Positions 33,792-34,910 of a DNA stretch of 34,910 nucleotides are shown piece after piece. The position numbers and the translations under genes are program-made. The DNA is taken from the NCBI RefSeq assembly GCF_001194135.2, contig NC_068981.1, positions 113,080,394-113,115,303 on the forward strand. The letters run 5' to 3'. Source of the DNA: Octopus bimaculoides (taxonomy: Eukaryota). A model generated the notes under the pieces. That model saw nothing but the letters and a program-made list of their open reading frames with translations. It did not search any database and was not told the origin of the DNA. Every line of letters starts with the position of its first letter. The first letter of the stretch is position 1.

Positions 33792-33920
33792 AAAATCTCC
33801 GAAGAGGCCTAGATAATCATCCATGTACCTCTATTTCATCTATTAATTACTTCAGTCTACTGGAGTGATAATGATAGAATGAGGCATGTCACCTCTGAAC
33901 TGAAACAGCTGTAAGATATT
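33792..33920 (+). ncRNA. Candidate type I hammerhead ribozyme (variant core CCGAAGA), possibly decayed
   Basis: Stem I AAAAUCU/AGAUAUU (6 of 7 pairs), core CCGAAGA 33799-33805, long imperfect stem II, GAAA 33902-33905, palindromic stem III ACAGCUGU, cleavage triplet GUA ending at 33913. Confidence 0.5.
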
Positions 33921-34044
33921 ATCCCATTTTCTGTCACTATATATCATTTTTATAATTCTGATATGACATAATATGTCACATGTGTTTGTATATTGTTATT
34001 ATTGTCCTTTTAGTAAACAAATAAACAAGTAAATTGACATGGAT

Positions 34045-34340
34045 GAGAAAAAAACCAGACTAATAATTTCAGTATTATGATGGGATTTGGTGACTCTGTA
34101 CAAGTCACAAATCTCATCGCAATATATTTATTGTGCTGCTTACAGGATAGTTTCTCTGATTTCTTAGATGGTATGTACCAGAGTGATGTGTTATTTATAA
34201 CTCCTAACATTAAAAGTGTTTATTGAAAGAATTAATAAGAGATTATGAAAATTTTTTCACATTTATGAACTAGGTATTACTGTAGAAAATAATCTTAATA
34301 TAGTTAACTTCTCCAACGTCACCTTGGACCTTATCATGCC
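34045..34340 (+). mobile_element. Penelope-like RT fragment, decayed
   Basis: NNFSIMMGFGDSVQVTNLIAIYLL...DGMYQSDVL and ERINKRL*KFFHIYELGITVENNLNIVNFSNVTLDL resemble FDVTMGSxDGAEVCELVG..GLYRDDG and VNFLDVTLNL. Confidence 0.65.
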
Positions 34341-34639
34341 ACAAGCTGGATGATAATATTTAAGAATAACATTACTCCAATCACTCTAGAAGTACATTAA
34401 TTTTTTTGTAAAAGGGTCTCCACTTGACTTCCTTATCTATCAGTCAATGAAAATATCTTTAGGCAACATTCTCAGTACTCTAATGAGGCACTCAATAGGG
34501 CTGATTACAAGGAGAAAATTACTTTTATGCCTAGATCTGGAGGACCTTGTAATAATAATGGAGTAAGCAGTCATATTATTAGTTGTTCTGAATGTAATTC
34601 TACAAACAAGGTTACCAAGAATATTAATGATAGTATAAG

Positions 34640-34642
<3 letters not shown>

Positions 34643-34678
<36 letters not shown>

Positions 34679-34693
34679 CAACAACAACAACAA
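34643..34693. repeat. (AAT)n(AAC)n microsatellite, probably the tail of a minus-strand family B SINE end at 34694-34749
   Basis: Direct reading; followed by cctttctactataggcacaagacctgaaattttggggg, the reverse of the family B 3' end. Confidence 0.85.
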
Positions 34694-34749
34694 TCCTTTC
34701 TACTATAGGCACAAGACCTGAAATTTTGGGGGAGGGGGGGGCTAATCAA

Positions 34750-34910
34750 TTTAACGTCCGCTTTCCATGCTACCATGGGTTGGACGATTTGACTGAGAAC
34801 TGGTGAAACCGGATGGCTACACCAGGCTCCAATCTAATTTGGCAGAGTTTCTACAGCTGGATGCCCTTCCTAACGCCAACCACTCAGAGAGTGTAGTGGG
34901 TGCTTTTACG
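34750..34910 (-). mobile_element. Young RTE-tail element (runs off window end)
   Basis: About 96% identical by eye to 18040-18174. Confidence 0.9.

Larger units (their letters stand above)
4671..34910 (+). other. Inferred very long, TE-filled intron of the dynein gene (open at window end)
   Basis: Strong GTAAGT donor at 4671. By eye I found no sequence encoding the expected continuation (about xVxSWIDxRExQxERANLTILFDKY). An exon could be hidden in the N-gaps. Confidence 0.7.

Overview
AT-rich, microsatellite-rich eukaryotic DNA with five N-gaps. The SINE and repeat families look like those of an Octopus-type cephalopod (my recognition, not a database result). Only one host-gene exon is supported: 4394-4670 (+), a 277-nt internal exon of an axonemal outer-arm beta dynein heavy chain (DNAH9/DNAH17/DNAH11 family, AAA2 region) with clean AG/GT borders. 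No flanking dynein exon was found, so the rest of the window appears intronic, with a downstream intron of at least 30 kb unless an exon sits in a gap. The intron is mostly decayed transposons: a Gypsy LTR element with a piggyBac-type MITE in its 3' LTR, a Dong/R4-type RLE retrotransposon, several RTE-type LINE pieces, several Penelope-like pieces (one with ~400-bp inverted arms), mariner/Tigger/Tc1 remnants, a Charlie-type hAT MITE, Helitron-type 3' ends and tRNA-derived SINEs. I see no demonstrably new multi-gene system. The best second-look candidates are RNA-structural: hammerhead-ribozyme-like motifs sharing a CCGANGA (U4-to-C) core, one inside a 785-bp unit bounded by 41-bp inverted repeats; a 75-nt near-perfect hairpin; and long inverted repeats that would form dsRNA in the dynein pre-mRNA. 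All alignments, translations and folds were done by hand; approximate boundaries are marked as such.
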